From Escherichia coli 042 (GTDB lineage Bacteria > Pseudomonadota > Gammaproteobacteria > Enterobacterales > Enterobacteriaceae): 64,000 nt of DNA. The position numbers and the translations under genes were made by a program. Under the pieces are notes generated by a model. That model was not told the origin of the DNA. It saw nothing but the letters and a program-made list of their open reading frames with translations, and made no database searches. Of the stretch, positions 12,438 through 24,513 are shown in pieces (position 1 is the first letter of the stretch; each line of letters begins with the position of its first letter). Location of the stretch: NCBI RefSeq assembly GCF_000027125.1, contig NC_017626.1. One strand, 5' to 3'.

Positions 12438-13458
12438 AGGCGCTACGCGTAATGCGATGGTGCGACCGCGTTTTGTCGCGCCATTGCCATAAGCGGAAAG
12501 ACCACAGTAACGCCTGATAACCCACCTTCACGCTGCGCACATTGGTAATCAGGCGCTTATACATACCGGAAGTAAATATCTCAGCAATCATCCGTTGGCG
12601 GGTAATAATATCCGGCTCTTTGCGCACCGCATGGCAAACACGCAATGCTTCGTAAGTTATTTGCTGATGAAATTCCGGATAAATCGTAATTTTGTCGGCA
12701 TAATTTCGATTTAATTTCTCTAGCAGGCGGGTAATCTTAATATAGTGACGTTGATAATTAAGGTTTTTATTCCCTTGTCTATTCAACCGACTCACTGACG
12801 TATTATGCAGATAATATTTATATAACGATTGCTCGGTATATCGCGCACGCAGCGCATTAAACATAAATTCTGTTGTCCAGACAATATCCTGATGATGTAA
12901 TCCGGCAATAAATTTAATGTTATTTTTAACAATAACATCGCGGCGATAAACCCCCATCCAGACAACGTGAGTCCAACGGCGGGAAGAAAGCCCCATCCGC
13001 AACCAATCCGGGCCGGTTAATACGCCGGTTGAGCGAAGGCGATCGGTGGGGATGGATTGCCAGGTTTCTCCCGTTTCACGAAAACACCAGTCAGCGTTGC
13101 ACTGCGCCACGTCGAGGTCGTCCTCTAACGCCATGGTCATCAGCGTTTCGTACATGGTGGGATACACCTCATCATCAGCATCGACAAAAGCGACATATTT
13201 GCCCGTCGCCACCTCGATCCCACGATTACGCGCCACCGATGCGCCAGCATTCGCCTGATGCAACAAACGAACGTGCGGATAGTTTTCTGCGTAATGCTTT
13301 GCTATTTCAACAGAATTATCCGTTGAACCATCGTTAATAATAATGATTTCCAGAGCAGTCCAGGTTTGCGTAATTAAAGATTCCATACAAGTGCGGAAAT
13401 CATCACCCGCATTATATAACGGGATAATAACACTAAGTTTATTGGTGCTGTTCATCAT
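12424..13458 (-). CDS. waaH: Family 2 glycosyltransferase (LPS core modification)
   Basis: GT2 motifs (SVIIPLYNAG, DGSTDNS, DADD); position between yibQ and tdh. Confidence 0.85.
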   Translation of the reverse strand: MMNSTNKLSVIIPLYNAGDDFRTCMESLITQTWTALEIIIINDGSTDNSVEIAKHYAENYPHVRLLHQANAGASVARNRGIEVATGKYVAFVDADDEVYPTMYETLMTMALEDDLDVAQCNADWCFRETGETWQSIPTDRLRSTGVLTGPDWLRMGLSSRRWTHVVWMGVYRRDVIVKNNIKFIAGLHHQDIVWTTEFMFNALRARYTEQSLYKYYLHNTSVSRLNRQGNKNLNYQRHYIKITRLLEKLNRNYADKITIYPEFHQQITYEALRVCHAVRKEPDIITRQRMIAEIFTSGMYKRLITNVRSVKVGYQALLWSFRLWQWRDKTRSHHRITRSAFNLR

Positions 13459-13696
13459 AAATTACCGACAACCTCTGAAGTTATCCTGACGTTTTACAGG
13501 CTTTGTATTAAGAAACTATTAAGCCTGTGAGATATTATTTTTACAGGTGAGAGAGTCACTTCAGGGTAGAGAGATAATGAGAACAGCTATATAAGAGATC
13601 AGCGCAATTACGAACTCTTTATTACACTGACAGGATTTTACATATTTAACGGATTATCCTCAGGAAAAAGGGCTGGAATACCAGCCCTTGTTTGTG

Positions 13697-14722
13697 TTAA
13701 TCCCAGCTCAGGATAACTTTCCCGGACTGGCCCGAACGCATGGCGTCAAAGCCCTTCTGGAAATCATCGATAGAGAAACGATGGGTAATGATCGGCGAGA
13801 GATCGAGGCCAGACTGAATCAGCGCCGCCATCTTGTACCAGGTTTCAAACATCTCACGACCGTAAATACCTTTAATGAACAAGCCTTTAAAGATCACTTT
13901 GGTCCAGTCGATAGACATATCAGATGGTGGAATACCCAGCATCGCAATACGACCGCCGTGGTTCATGGTGTCGAGCATGGTACGAAACGCTGGCGGCGCA
14001 CCGGACATTTCCAGACCGACATCAAAGCCTTCGGTCATGCCCAGTTCTGCCATCACATCATTGAGGTTCTCTTTAGCGACGTTAACCGCACGGGTGACAC
14101 CCATTTTACGCGCCAACTCAAGGCGGTATTCGTTAACATCAGTAATCACCACGTTACGTGCACCAACGTGTTTCGCCACCGCCGCCGCCATAATACCAAT
14201 CGGGCCTGCACCAGAGACCAGCACATCCTCGCCCACCAGATCAAACGACAGCGCGGTATGCACGGCGTTACCGAAGGGATCAAAAATGGAAGCCAGATCA
14301 TCGGAGATATTGTCAGGGATTTTGAAAGCGTTGAACGCCGGAATCACCAGATACTCGGCGAAGCAGCCCGGACGGTTAACGCCGACGCCGATCGTGTTGC
14401 GGCACAGATGGGTACGACCGCCACGACAGTTGCGACAGTGACCGCAGGTGATATGGCCTTCGCCAGAAACGCGATCGCCAATCTTGAAGCCTTTCACTTC
14501 CTGACCAATACCTACCACTTCACCGACATATTCATGGCCCACGACCATCGGCACCGGGATGGTTTTTTGCGACCACTCATCCCAGTTATAGATGTGAACG
14601 TCAGTCCCGCAGATGGCTGTTTTACGGATTTTAATCAGCAGATCGTTATGCCCGAGTTCCGGTACAGGAACGTCGGTCATCCAGATGCCCTCTTCCGCTT
14701 TCAGTTTGGATAACGCTTTCAT
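13697..14722 (-). CDS. tdh: L-threonine 3-dehydrogenase
   Basis: 341 aa Zn-dependent MDR-family dehydrogenase; kbl-tdh operon. Confidence 0.93.
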   Translation of the reverse strand: MKALSKLKAEEGIWMTDVPVPELGHNDLLIKIRKTAICGTDVHIYNWDEWSQKTIPVPMVVGHEYVGEVVGIGQEVKGFKIGDRVSGEGHITCGHCRNCRGGRTHLCRNTIGVGVNRPGCFAEYLVIPAFNAFKIPDNISDDLASIFDPFGNAVHTALSFDLVGEDVLVSGAGPIGIMAAAVAKHVGARNVVITDVNEYRLELARKMGVTRAVNVAKENLNDVMAELGMTEGFDVGLEMSGAPPAFRTMLDTMNHGGRIAMLGIPPSDMSIDWTKVIFKGLFIKGIYGREMFETWYKMAALIQSGLDLSPIITHRFSIDDFQKGFDAMRSGQSGKVILSWD

Positions 14723-14731
14723 CTCACATCC

Positions 14732-15928
14732 TCAGGCGATAACGCCCAGTTGTTTACCAATACGCGTGAATGCTTCTACTGCACGCGTAATTTGCTCAGG
14801 GGTATGCGCCGCAGACATCTGGGTACGAATACGCGCCTGACCTTTCGGAACGACCGGATAGAAGAAACCGGTGACGTAAATGCCCTCTTTTTGCAGCTCA
14901 CGGGCAAATTTCTGCGCTACTACCGCATCACCAAGCATGACCGGAATAATGGCGTGATCGGCTCCCGCTAGGGTAAAGCCCGCCGCCGACATTTGCTCAC
15001 GGAACTGACGCGCGTTCGCCCAGAGACGGTCACGCAGCTCGCTACCCGCTTCAACCATCTCCAGCACTTTGATGGAAGCGGCAACAATGGCCGGTGCCAG
15101 CGAGTTGGAGAACAGATACGGACGAGAACGCTGGCGCAGCCACTCAACCACTTCTTTGCGCGCCGCGGTATAACCACCAGAAGCCCCGCCCAGCGCTTTA
15201 CCGAGCGTGCCGGTGATAATATCGACCCGGCCCATCACATCGCAGTATTCATGGGAACCACGACCGTTTTCACCGACAAAACCTACCGCGTGGGAGTCAT
15301 CTACCATCACCAGGGCATCATATTTATCTGCCAGATCGCAAACGCCTTTCAGATTGGCAATCACGCCGTCCATCGAGAACACACCATCGGTGGCAATCAG
15401 CACATGACGCGCACCGGCTTCATGCGCTTCTTTCAGACGTGCTTCCAGCTCCTGCATATCGTTGTTGGCATAACGATAGCGTTTAGCTTTGCACAGACGC
15501 ACACCATCAATAATAGACGCGTGGTTCAGTGCGTCGGAGATAATGGCGTCTTCCGCGCCCAACAGCGTTTCAAACAGGCCACCGTTAGCATCAAAGCAGG
15601 AAGAGTAGAGAATCGCATCTTCCATCCCCAGGAAGGCCGCCAGTTTTTGTTCAAGCTCTTTATGGCTGTCCTGAGTGCCGCAAATAAAACGCACCGAAGC
15701 CATGCCGAAACCGTGAGAATCCATTCCCGCCTTTGCCGCCGCAATCAGATCCGGATGATTCGCCAGTCCGAGATAGTTATTGGCACAAAAGTTAATGACG
15801 TGGCTTCCATCAGCCACAGTGATATCTGCTTGCTGCGCAGACGTAATAATGCGCTCTTCTTTAAACAACCCTTCCGCCCGTGCGGTTTCCAGATCGTTGG
15901 TTAACTGCTGATAAAATTCTCCACGCAT
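14732..15928 (-). CDS. kbl: 2-amino-3-ketobutyrate CoA ligase (glycine C-acetyltransferase)
   Basis: 398 aa PLP-dependent aminotransferase class II sequence; upstream of tdh. Confidence 0.93.
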   Translation of the reverse strand: MRGEFYQQLTNDLETARAEGLFKEERIITSAQQADITVADGSHVINFCANNYLGLANHPDLIAAAKAGMDSHGFGMASVRFICGTQDSHKELEQKLAAFLGMEDAILYSSCFDANGGLFETLLGAEDAIISDALNHASIIDGVRLCKAKRYRYANNDMQELEARLKEAHEAGARHVLIATDGVFSMDGVIANLKGVCDLADKYDALVMVDDSHAVGFVGENGRGSHEYCDVMGRVDIITGTLGKALGGASGGYTAARKEVVEWLRQRSRPYLFSNSLAPAIVAASIKVLEMVEAGSELRDRLWANARQFREQMSAAGFTLAGADHAIIPVMLGDAVVAQKFARELQKEGIYVTGFFYPVVPKGQARIRTQMSAAHTPEQITRAVEAFTRIGKQLGVIA

Positions 15929-16203
15929 TGCGATTCTCCAGACAGGGCAAATTCCAGCACATATTACCCAAACTTATAGGTTGCGACGAGATGACGCGTT
16001 AACACTTCTGCAAAATTCAGGATAAATAACGTGAATCTTGATGTCTCTCAACACCTATAGATAGTAGAAAAACTGTACAGTTTTGGCTGGGCATAATGAT
16101 GAGTGATTTTACTGCATTGATATAAAAAGAAAAAATGATGCCAAAGCATCATTTTTTCCTATCTCAGTTGGCATCAAAACGCTACCCACTAATGGAGGGA
16201 AAC

Positions 16204-17061
16204 CTATTTTCTTGAAAGGAAAATTCTCAGCGCCTGCATTTTTGCCCCTAAAGTGTTACTCCTGAAGCAGCGAAACAAATCGAACCATTTTCCTCTCCCC
16301 AGATAGTTTAGGTTGAAGAGATCGGAACGTTTGTAATAGCACATGACAAAGATGCCCTGGTCATCGTCCACAATGTTATTGTTTAGGGTTATTTTTTGAC
16401 TTTCCAGAACTAATTTATAGAATTCTTTCCATTTATGCTGTGAACCAACAATTGCGCCACCAATAATATATACATGATTGCCAATCATGAAATCAAAAGC
16501 CTGTTGTTGAGATGTGACAGTAAGCTCTTTTTTTATAGTGAAAAGATGCATCTTATTTTCATCAAATGGGAAATCCCAAATTTTCAATCCTCGAGTTACA
16601 TTTGGCTTACGGCAATAGCCAAAATCTATCCACGCAACAAGAGGCGTTTTCACTAAGCCCATGTTGATAGCTTTATTTACAAAATAGGCCTTAAGGTTAC
16701 ATACCAAAACATACTCTGGTGACCAGTACTCTGGGTTTTTTAATTGTCGAGGCTCAAGTCTATTTGTAAACGACTCATCTTTTTGAATTTTTTCGATACG
16801 ACTTCTGATATATCTAAATTTCTTTTTTATATCGATAACGATAACCGTTGTTGGTTTTCCGTTGCGAATCGCTTCAACCCTTGATTTCAAATCGGGAGAA
16901 GTGAAAATAATCATCTCATTTTCAAGTGCGGCCAGACGCTCAAAGTAACTAAAATAAACATCAACTGAACGAGCTAGTTTTTCACGGAACCCTTTATTAG
17001 CAGTCCAATCCCCTCTACCAATGTCAAAATATGCAGTGATAATTGTGGTGGATGATTTCAT
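16204..17061 (-). CDS. htrL: HtrL/YibB family protein
   Basis: AT-rich gene beside the waa cluster; translation MKSSTTIITAYFDIGRGDW... (285 aa from the internal Met). Confidence 0.8.
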   Translation of the reverse strand: MKSSTTIITAYFDIGRGDWTANKGFREKLARSVDVYFSYFERLAALENEMIIFTSPDLKSRVEAIRNGKPTTVIVIDIKKKFRYIRSRIEKIQKDESFTNRLEPRQLKNPEYWSPEYVLVCNLKAYFVNKAINMGLVKTPLVAWIDFGYCRKPNVTRGLKIWDFPFDENKMHLFTIKKELTVTSQQQAFDFMIGNHVYIIGGAIVGSQHKWKEFYKLVLESQKITLNNNIVDDDQGIFVMCYYKRSDLFNLNYLGRGKWFDLFRCFRSNTLGAKMQALRIFLSRK

Positions 17062-17364
17062 TACTAATAAGACCATTAATATAAAAAAAGAATTATATCA
17101 TAAATATTAACAGAATGTATACTGTATATTATCCATTCAAATGTTTCAGTTATTTATCATACATCGGAATATTGATACTAAAGCACTATTCACGTGCAAA
17201 TCCAACATCCGCCATGAAGGACTGGCTAAAACCCAAACTAGTTTGTTGCAATTAGCATCCTTGCATCTCTATGTAAAGGGCTGAAGGGATTCGGATGTGA
17301 TGGTATGATTACAGACATTCGTGTCTGAGATTGTCTCTGACTCCATAATTCGAAGGTTACAGTT

Positions 17365-18297
17365 ATGATCATCGTTACCGGCGGCGCGGGCTTTATCGGC
17401 AGCAACATCGTTAAAGCCCTGAATGACAAAGGCATCACCGATATTCTGGTGGTGGACAACCTGAAAGACGGCACCAAGTTTGTGAACCTGGTGGATCTGG
17501 ATATCGCGGACTATATGGATAAGGAAGACTTCCTGATCCAGATTATGGCTGGCGAAGAGTTCGGCGATGTCGAAGCGATTTTCCACGAAGGCGCGTGCTC
17601 TTCCACCACCGAGTGGGACGGCAAATATATGATGGATAACAACTATCAATACTCCAAGGAGCTGCTGCACTACTGCCTTGAGCGCGAAATCCCGTTCCTG
17701 TACGCTTCTTCTGCAGCCACTTACGGCGGTCGCACCTCCGACTTTATTGAATCCCGCGAATATGAAAAACCGTTGAATGTCTACGGTTACTCAAAATTCC
17801 TGTTTGATGAATATGTTCGCCAAATCCTGCCTGAAGCGAACTCGCAGATTGTTGGCTTCCGCTATTTCAACGTTTATGGACCGCGTGAAGGCCATAAAGG
17901 TAGCATGGCGAGCGTCGCTTTCCATCTCAACACTCAGCTTAACAACGGTGAATCACCGAAGCTGTTTGAAGGTAGCGAGAACTTCAAACGTGACTTCGTC
18001 TATGTGGGCGACGTAGCAGATGTAAACCTGTGGTTCCTGGAAAATGGCGTTTCCGGTATCTTCAACCTCGGCACCGGTCGTGCAGAATCCTTCCAGGCAG
18101 TAGCAGATGCTACGCTTGCTTATCACAAGAAAGGGCAGATCGAATACATTCCGTTCCCGGATAAACTGAAAGGCCGCTATCAGGCGTTCACTCAGGCTGA
18201 TCTGACAAATCTGCGCGCGGCGGGTTACGACAAACCGTTCAAAACCGTTGCTGAAGGTGTAACGGAATACATGGCCTGGCTGAATCGCGACGCATAA
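17365..18297 (+). CDS. hldD: ADP-L-glycero-D-manno-heptose 6-epimerase
   Basis: 310 aa, [20 protein letters not shown]ossmann start. Confidence 0.94.
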
Positions 18298-18306
18298 GAG
18301 CTCTGC

Positions 18307-19353
18307 ATGAAAATACTGGTGATCGGCCCGTCTTGGGTTGGCGACATGATGATGTCGCAAAGTCTCTATCGCACGCTCCAGGCGCGCTATCCCCAGGCGA
18401 TAATCGACGTGATGGCACCGGCATGGTGCCGTCCATTATTATCGCGGATGCCGGAAGTTAACGAAGCTATCCCTATGCCTCTCGGTCACGGAGCGCTGGA
18501 AATCGGCGAACGCCGCAAACTGGGTCATAGTCTGCGTGAAAAGCGCTACGACCGCGCCTACGTCTTACCCAACTCCTTCAAGTCCGCATTAGTGCCTTTC
18601 TTCGCGGGTATTCCTCATCGCACCGGCTGGCGCGGCGAGATGCGCTACGGTTTACTTAACGATGTACGCGTGCTCGATAAAGAAGCCTGGCCGCTAATGG
18701 TGGAACGCTATGTCGCGCTGGCCTATGACAAAGGCATTATGCGTACAGCACAAGATCTGCCGCAGCCATTGTTATGGCCGCAGTTGCAGGTGAGCGAAGG
18801 TGAAAAATCATATACCTGTAATCAATTTTCGCTTTCATCAGAACGTCCGATGATTGGCTTTTGCCCGGGTGCGGAGTTTGGTCCGGCAAAACGCTGGCCA
18901 CACTACCACTATGCGGAACTGGCAAAGCAGCTGATTGATGAAGGTTATCAGGTGGTTCTGTTTGGCTCGGCGAAAGATCATGAAGCGGGCAATGAGATTC
19001 TTGCCGCTTTGAATACCGAGCAGCAGGCATGGTGCCGGAACCTGGCGGGGGAAACACAGCTTGATCAAGCGGTTATCCTGATTGCAGCCTGTAAAGCCAT
19101 TGTCACTAACGATTCTGGCCTGATGCACGTTGCGGCGGCGCTCAATCGTCCGCTGGTTGCCCTGTATGGTCCGAGTAGCCCGGACTTCACACCGCCGCTA
19201 TCCCATAAAGCACGCGTGATCCGCCTGATTACCGGCTATCACAAAGTGCGTAAAGGTGACGCTGCGGAGGGTTATCACCAGAGCTTGATCGACATTACTC
19301 CCCAGCGCGCACTGGAAGAACTCAACGCGCTATTGTTACAAGAGGAAGCCTGA
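18307..19353 (+). CDS. waaF: LPS heptosyltransferase II
   Basis: 348 aa GT9-family sequence; hldD-waaF-waaC operon order. Confidence 0.92.
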   Translation: MKILVIGPSWVGDMMMSQSLYRTLQARYPQAIIDVMAPAWCRPLLSRMPEVNEAIPMPLGHGALEIGERRKLGHSLREKRYDRAYVLPNSFKSALVPFFAGIPHRTGWRGEMRYGLLNDVRVLDKEAWPLMVERYVALAYDKGIMRTAQDLPQPLLWPQLQVSEGEKSYTCNQFSLSSERPMIGFCPGAEFGPAKRWPHYHYAELAKQLIDEGYQVVLFGSAKDHEAGNEILAALNTEQQAWCRNLAGETQLDQAVILIAACKAIVTNDSGLMHVAAALNRPLVALYGPSSPDFTPPLSHKARVIRLITGYHKVRKGDAAEGYHQSLIDITPQRALEELNALLLQEEA

Positions 19354-19356
19354 CGG

Positions 19357-20349
19357 ATGCGGGTTTTGATCGTTAAAACATCGTCGATGGGCGATGTTCT
19401 CCATACGTTGCCCGCACTCACTGATGCCCAGCAGGCAATCCCAGGGATTAAGTTTGACTGGGTGGTGGAAGAAGGGTTCGCACAAATTCCTTCCTGGCAC
19501 GCCGCTGTTGAGCGAGTTATTCCTGTGGCAATACGTCGCTGGCGTAAAGCCTGGTTCTCGGCCCCCATAAAAGCTGAACGGAAAGCGTTTCGTGAAGCGC
19601 TACAAGCAGAGAACTATGACGCAGTTATCGACGCTCAGGGGCTGGTAAAAAGCGCGGCGCTGGTGACGCGTCTGGCACATGGCGTAAAGCATGGAATGGA
19701 CTGGCAAACCGCTCGCGAACCACTGGCAAGCTTGTTTTACAATCGTAAGCATCATATTGCGAAACAGCAGCACGCCGTAGAACGCACCCGCGAACTGTTT
19801 GCCAAAAGTCTGGGCTATAGCAAACCGCAAACCCAGGGCGATTATGCTATTGCACAGCATTTCCTGACGAACCTGCCTACAGATGCTGGCGAATATGCCG
19901 TATTTCTTCATGCGACGACCCGTGATGATAAACACTGGCCGGAAGAACACTGGCGAGATTTGATTGGTTTACTGGCAGATTCAGGAATACGGATTAAACT
20001 TCCGTGGGGCGCGCCGCATGAGGAAGAACGGGCGAAACGACTGGCGGAAGGATTTGCTTATGTTGAAGTATTGCCGAAGATGAGTCTGGAAGGCGTTGCC
20101 CGCGTGCTGGCCGGGGCTAAATTTGTAGTGTCGGTGGATACGGGGTTAAGCCATTTAACGGCGGCACTGGATAGACCCAATATCACGGTTTATGGACCTA
20201 CCGATCCGGGATTAATTGGCGGGTATGGGAAGAATCAAGTAGAGTGTCGTTCTACAAGTATGTCTCTTGCAGATTTGCCAGCTCAAACCGTTTTTCAAAA
20301 TTTAAATCTTGAAATAATAACCAATAAGTTGACATCGGAGATAAGATGA
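19357..20349 (+). CDS. waaC: LPS heptosyltransferase I
   Basis: GT9 family; C-terminal residues differ from K-12 as remembered. Confidence 0.9.
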   Translation: MRVLIVKTSSMGDVLHTLPALTDAQQAIPGIKFDWVVEEGFAQIPSWHAAVERVIPVAIRRWRKAWFSAPIKAERKAFREALQAENYDAVIDAQGLVKSAALVTRLAHGVKHGMDWQTAREPLASLFYNRKHHIAKQQHAVERTRELFAKSLGYSKPQTQGDYAIAQHFLTNLPTDAGEYAVFLHATTRDDKHWPEEHWRDLIGLLADSGIRIKLPWGAPHEEERAKRLAEGFAYVEVLPKMSLEGVARVLAGAKFVVSVDTGLSHLTAALDRPNITVYGPTDPGLIGGYGKNQVECRSTSMSLADLPAQTVFQNLNLEIITNKLTSEIR

Positions 20350-21554
20350 CCTCAACATTATTTTTCTCTCTCGAGAAAAAAAACTGGATAGCGTACTGGA
20401 ACAGAGCTCTCGTATTCTTATTCATTACCACCTATTTTTTGGGTGGGATTACAAGGTATAAACATCTTATTGTTATTCTTATGACAATAACGACAATCGT
20501 CTATCTCTGCAAACGGCCAAAACACTATCTTTCACTATTTAAAACATGTCTTTTTGGTAGTGTTGCCATATTAACTATTGCTGCATTGCTATCACTTCTT
20601 CAATCCCCAGATGCAGGTGCTAGCATGAAGGAAATTTTCAAAGCTATCATTGAAAATACTTTACTATGCACAATAGCAATACCGGTCATATTGAGAGACG
20701 AGAAAAGAGAAGATGTCGAAAAAATCGTTTTCTTCTCATTTATAAGTGCGTTGGGCTTACGTTGTTTTTCTGAATTGATTGCCTATTATAAGGACTATCA
20801 ACAAGGGGTAATGCCATTTGCAGATTATAGACACCGTAGCATTTCTGACTCGATGGTCTTTTTATTTCCTGCATTGTTAAATCTCTGGCTTATCAAATCA
20901 GCAAAATACCGCATTTCTTTTGCGGTTCTAAGCGTTATTTTTATTTTTCTGATATTAGGAACTTTATCCAGAGGAGCCTGGCTTTCCGTGTTAGTCATTG
21001 GATTAATATGGATTCTGATGTTTAAACAATGGAAGTTACTATTAGTAGGAGTAATGGTTTCCATCATTGCATTATCGGTTATTTTCACACATAAGGAGAT
21101 GACCGCAAATCTAACGTATAAACTTCAACAAACTAATAGTTCTTATCGCTATGCAAATGGTACTCAAGGCAGCGCACTCGATCTAATATTAGAAAATCCT
21201 GTTATTGGTTACGGTTACGGTAACGTTGCATATAAAGATGTCTATAATAAACGTGTCGTTGATTATCCAGAATGGACCTTTAGACAATCGATAGGGCCAC
21301 ATAATTTTGCGCTATTCATCTGGTTTGGCACTGGTTTATTAGGGCTGATAAGTCTTATGATGCTATACTGCGCAATATTGAAAGAGTGTATAAAAAATGG
21401 CGTCCAGAATAAAAACCGCTCACCATATAATGCATATTATATAATCTTACTATCTTTTATAGGTTATTTTGTTATCCGTGGAAACGTAGAACAAATTGAA
21501 CCAAATTTATTAGGCGTTTACGCCGGCTTATTATTAGCAATGAAAAACAAGTAA
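20346..21554 (+). CDS. waaL: O-antigen ligase
   Basis: 402 aa AT-rich polytopic membrane protein after waaC. Confidence 0.85.
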   Translation: MTSTLFFSLEKKNWIAYWNRALVFLFITTYFLGGITRYKHLIVILMTITTIVYLCKRPKHYLSLFKTCLFGSVAILTIAALLSLLQSPDAGASMKEIFKAIIENTLLCTIAIPVILRDEKREDVEKIVFFSFISALGLRCFSELIAYYKDYQQGVMPFADYRHRSISDSMVFLFPALLNLWLIKSAKYRISFAVLSVIFIFLILGTLSRGAWLSVLVIGLIWILMFKQWKLLLVGVMVSIIALSVIFTHKEMTANLTYKLQQTNSSYRYANGTQGSALDLILENPVIGYGYGNVAYKDVYNKRVVDYPEWTFRQSIGPHNFALFIWFGTGLLGLISLMMLYCAILKECIKNGVQNKNRSPYNAYYIILLSFIGYFVIRGNVEQIEPNLLGVYAGLLLAMKNK

Positions 21555-21567
21555 AAAAAATAAAAAA

Positions 21568-21590
21568 GGCTGCATAATGCGGCCTTTTTA
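21568..21590. terminator. Bidirectional terminator between waaL and the convergent outer-core operon
   Basis: Hairpin GGCTGCA-TAA-TGCGGCC then TTTTTATTT. Confidence 0.6.
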
Positions 21591-21591
21591 T

Positions 21592-22734
21592 TTATTCAAA
21601 CCAATTATGAATGACCTCTTCGAATCTTTGAGTTACGCCATCCCAACTGTAGTGATCAAACACAAAATCCTGACCTTGCTTTGCAACTGCTGTTAATTCA
21701 GGATTCGCTAACGTTTTTAAAATATCGCTGCTTATGGAGTCTGCAGTCATAGGTTCTTTTAAATGGAATCCCGTAGTATTTTCTTTGACAAATTCCGTCA
21801 TCCCCCCACGCGTACTCACTAAAACAGGCTTACCAGCCCCCATAGCTTCAATTGCCACCATGCAAAATGGTTCCTGGAACTGGGAAGGAATGACAACTAA
21901 ATCTGCCAGTGGGTAATAACAATGCATCTTTTCAGGCGGTATGCTTCCTAACATAATGCAACGATCCTTCAAACGTTTTGCAATTTCCCTGACATTGTGT
22001 TGATATGCACCTTTGTCACTTTTACTCATTTCTGTATAATCACCAATCACAACTAATTTTAAATTTTTGTGAGCAACGGCCAATTTTTCGAATGATTGCA
22101 TCAACAGTAATATGCCTTTGTCAGGGACGATACGCCCAGCATAAAAAATAATTTTCTCTTCAGGGGAGATATTAAGTTCGCTTCTAGTGATCGGCTGAAA
22201 AGTAGATTGATAGGTTTCTAAATCAATTCCATTTGGTACAATCTCAATATCTGCATTTGCTAAATAAGATTGGTAATACTTTTTCAAGTATAAACTAGGC
22301 ACTATCATTTTAACATTTTGCTCAAGCAATTTTGGTTCAAATGCATTATGCATATGAATAACCACTCTTGCCTGAGGAGCTCGCTTACGAATTTGAGTGT
22401 ATAGCTTCATGCTATTATGAACTACAATAACACTTTCTTTCGTTATAGGAAAATCATGGGCAATATTCAATATTCTCTGTGAATATGGTAGAGGATCAAG
22501 TCTTGTCCATTTTTGAAATAACCGCTTATATATGCGACTGAATCCAACCCTATGAATACTACAATTATCATTAACAAAGGTGTAATTTGAGTATCCTGGA
22601 TTCTTGATACAAACAATGCGATTTGGGAAATTGGTACGCTGAGCAACCTGATACATCCACGTTTCAACAGCGGCCGCTCCGCGGGGAGGAATTGAAAAAA
22701 TAGGAGTAACTGTAAATATTATTTTATCAACCAT
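21592..22734 (-). CDS. Outer-core glycosyltransferase, GT4 family (WaaD-like of R3-type cores)
   Basis: 380 aa GT4-like sequence; last gene of the waaQ operon, convergent with waaL. Confidence 0.65.
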   Translation of the reverse strand: MVDKIIFTVTPIFSIPPRGAAAVETWMYQVAQRTNFPNRIVCIKNPGYSNYTFVNDNCSIHRVGFSRIYKRLFQKWTRLDPLPYSQRILNIAHDFPITKESVIVVHNSMKLYTQIRKRAPQARVVIHMHNAFEPKLLEQNVKMIVPSLYLKKYYQSYLANADIEIVPNGIDLETYQSTFQPITRSELNISPEEKIIFYAGRIVPDKGILLLMQSFEKLAVAHKNLKLVVIGDYTEMSKSDKGAYQHNVREIAKRLKDRCIMLGSIPPEKMHCYYPLADLVVIPSQFQEPFCMVAIEAMGAGKPVLVSTRGGMTEFVKENTTGFHLKEPMTADSISSDILKTLANPELTAVAKQGQDFVFDHYSWDGVTQRFEEVIHNWFE

Positions 22735-22742
22735 CTCGAATA

Positions 22743-23756
22743 TTAACCTTTCATAACATTATATTTAATTGCTGTAAAAACACCATTGAGAAATTTTTTC
22801 TGGTAAAGCAAGTGTTTATATTTTTCTTTGTACTCATGTTTTTTAACAGCTTTTTTATAAGGTATATTTCTCCATGGAGATATATTATAAATATTACGAA
22901 AATAATCTGCAGATGCGTAGTCCGCCCAATCATGCCATGGCTTAGTTACACCAGTATAATGTATGAAGACAGTTTCATCATTAATAAACTGGGTGTAATA
23001 TTCACTATTTTTTTCTTCAAATTCTGACTTTATAGTATAAATACAATTATATTTTCTCGGTAATATTTTAGCATGATGTAAAAACATTAAGTTTAAAATA
23101 TCTTGATCCGGATACTTTAATTTTTTGATAATTGACTCATCTGATAATAGATCAAAAAATTTCTCCGTTAGTCTTTGTTGTAACCATTCCCGTAAATTAA
23201 TATACATTACACCAGAGTTAAAATAGCTACCGTTAAAATCCTCATTACATAAACGCTCAGCGCTTTTACTTTGCATAGCATCTACATCAATTACCACAGC
23301 CCCATATTCATCTTTAAACTCTAATGCTATTAACTCGTTCAATGAACCCTTACAGACGATATCAGCATCAAGATATAATAATGAATCCAATCGCGCAGAA
23401 AAATAATCAAATGAAAGCAAACGATAATAAATAGATACTGGCCAGATATTTGATTGAGGTAGCGCCTTCAATGGCTCAGAATCAATATGATATAATTTAA
23501 TTACTGTTTGATACTTCGTTGCTAATTGTGATAATAATTCAATATACTCTTTGTCTAAGTAATCAGCGATTATGTGAAAGGTAAATTTGTTTTGTTTATT
23601 ATTTTCAAGAATTGAAGCAATTGAAATCGCAGCCCCAACCTGGTAGTTCTCATCAATACCCCATGAGACATTAAACGTTTCCCGTTCATCAAGTTTAACG
23701 GGGCGCTTGTCCAGTTCAATTATATCTTTAAATTGAGTAAGATGTTTAAAATCCAA
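22743..23756 (-). CDS. waaJ: Outer-core GT8-family glycosyltransferase (WaaJ-type)
   Basis: 337 aa GT8 (LgtC/RfaJ-like) fold; AT-rich. Confidence 0.7.
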   Translation of the reverse strand: MDFKHLTQFKDIIELDKRPVKLDERETFNVSWGIDENYQVGAAISIASILENNKQNKFTFHIIADYLDKEYIELLSQLATKYQTVIKLYHIDSEPLKALPQSNIWPVSIYYRLLSFDYFSARLDSLLYLDADIVCKGSLNELIALEFKDEYGAVVIDVDAMQSKSAERLCNEDFNGSYFNSGVMYINLREWLQQRLTEKFFDLLSDESIIKKLKYPDQDILNLMFLHHAKILPRKYNCIYTIKSEFEEKNSEYYTQFINDETVFIHYTGVTKPWHDWADYASADYFRNIYNISPWRNIPYKKAVKKHEYKEKYKHLLYQKKFLNGVFTAIKYNVMKG

Positions 23757-23780
23757 TTTAATTACCCTTCATCATAATCA

Positions 23781-24488
23781 TTATTTGCTCTTCAATCCTA
23801 GTTTTACTTTTACATCCCTGATTGCTTTTTTAATTTTCTTTTTGAATATGAGATATGTATAGCCAAAGTCTTTCAATTCATTTTTTATATTATAGTGCCG
23901 TTCAAGATCAATGCGATCTTTTGCTTTTAAAACTGCGGTTGTTTTTTTACCTGAAAGGTCAATTAGTCTTAAACCTTTTTCGGATACTATAAAATTTCCT
24001 TTATGAGGATCGCCAGACACCATTCCATGCTGATGCAACTCTTTTATCGATTCTGATAATTGTTCCTTCAGATCTTCAGAAATTTCCAAATACTCATTTA
24101 ACCCGACACCTTCAATATACTCAATGAGCATAATATAATAATGCGCGAAATTTAATGTTTTACGTTCAGCAAGCAAAAAATAGTCATTAATTGATTGAAT
24201 GCCTTCACCACGTACCCGATCGGTTTGATAAATTAAATTTTCATAATAATCTTTTTTTACGCAAGATTTTAAGAAACGTTCGATCATTTTATGCTTTGGC
24301 GCATAAACTTTAAGTACAAGAGGTCCACGAGCAGTGTCAATAAGAATGACTTTAGTATCATCAATAGAACGAAAAACTTTTAATGTTTTAACCCTGCAAG
24401 TTAAAAAGTCATTCAGCACTTGCTCATAAAAGGGATCATTATCTTTTATGAAAACTTTCAACCCATTTATCGTTTTATTATATATCAT
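23781..24488 (-). CDS. waaY: LPS core heptose II kinase
   Basis: 235 aa small kinase-like protein between two GT8 genes, as waaY is in waa clusters. Confidence 0.75.
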   Translation of the reverse strand: MIYNKTINGLKVFIKDNDPFYEQVLNDFLTCRVKTLKVFRSIDDTKVILIDTARGPLVLKVYAPKHKMIERFLKSCVKKDYYENLIYQTDRVRGEGIQSINDYFLLAERKTLNFAHYYIMLIEYIEGVGLNEYLEISEDLKEQLSESIKELHQHGMVSGDPHKGNFIVSEKGLRLIDLSGKKTTAVLKAKDRIDLERHYNIKNELKDFGYTYLIFKKKIKKAIRDVKVKLGLKSK

Positions 24489-24513
24489 AATGAATTATTT
24501 TAACCTTAAATCT

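Noticed and set aside
13688-14713. 341-aa plus-strand ORF mirroring tdh
   Set aside because: Antisense to tdh over its whole length; translation has no recognisable features, whereas tdh is unambiguous.
14993-15904. 303-aa plus-strand ORF inside kbl
   Set aside because: Antisense to kbl with a His/Arg/Thr/Gln-rich translation typical of shadow frames.
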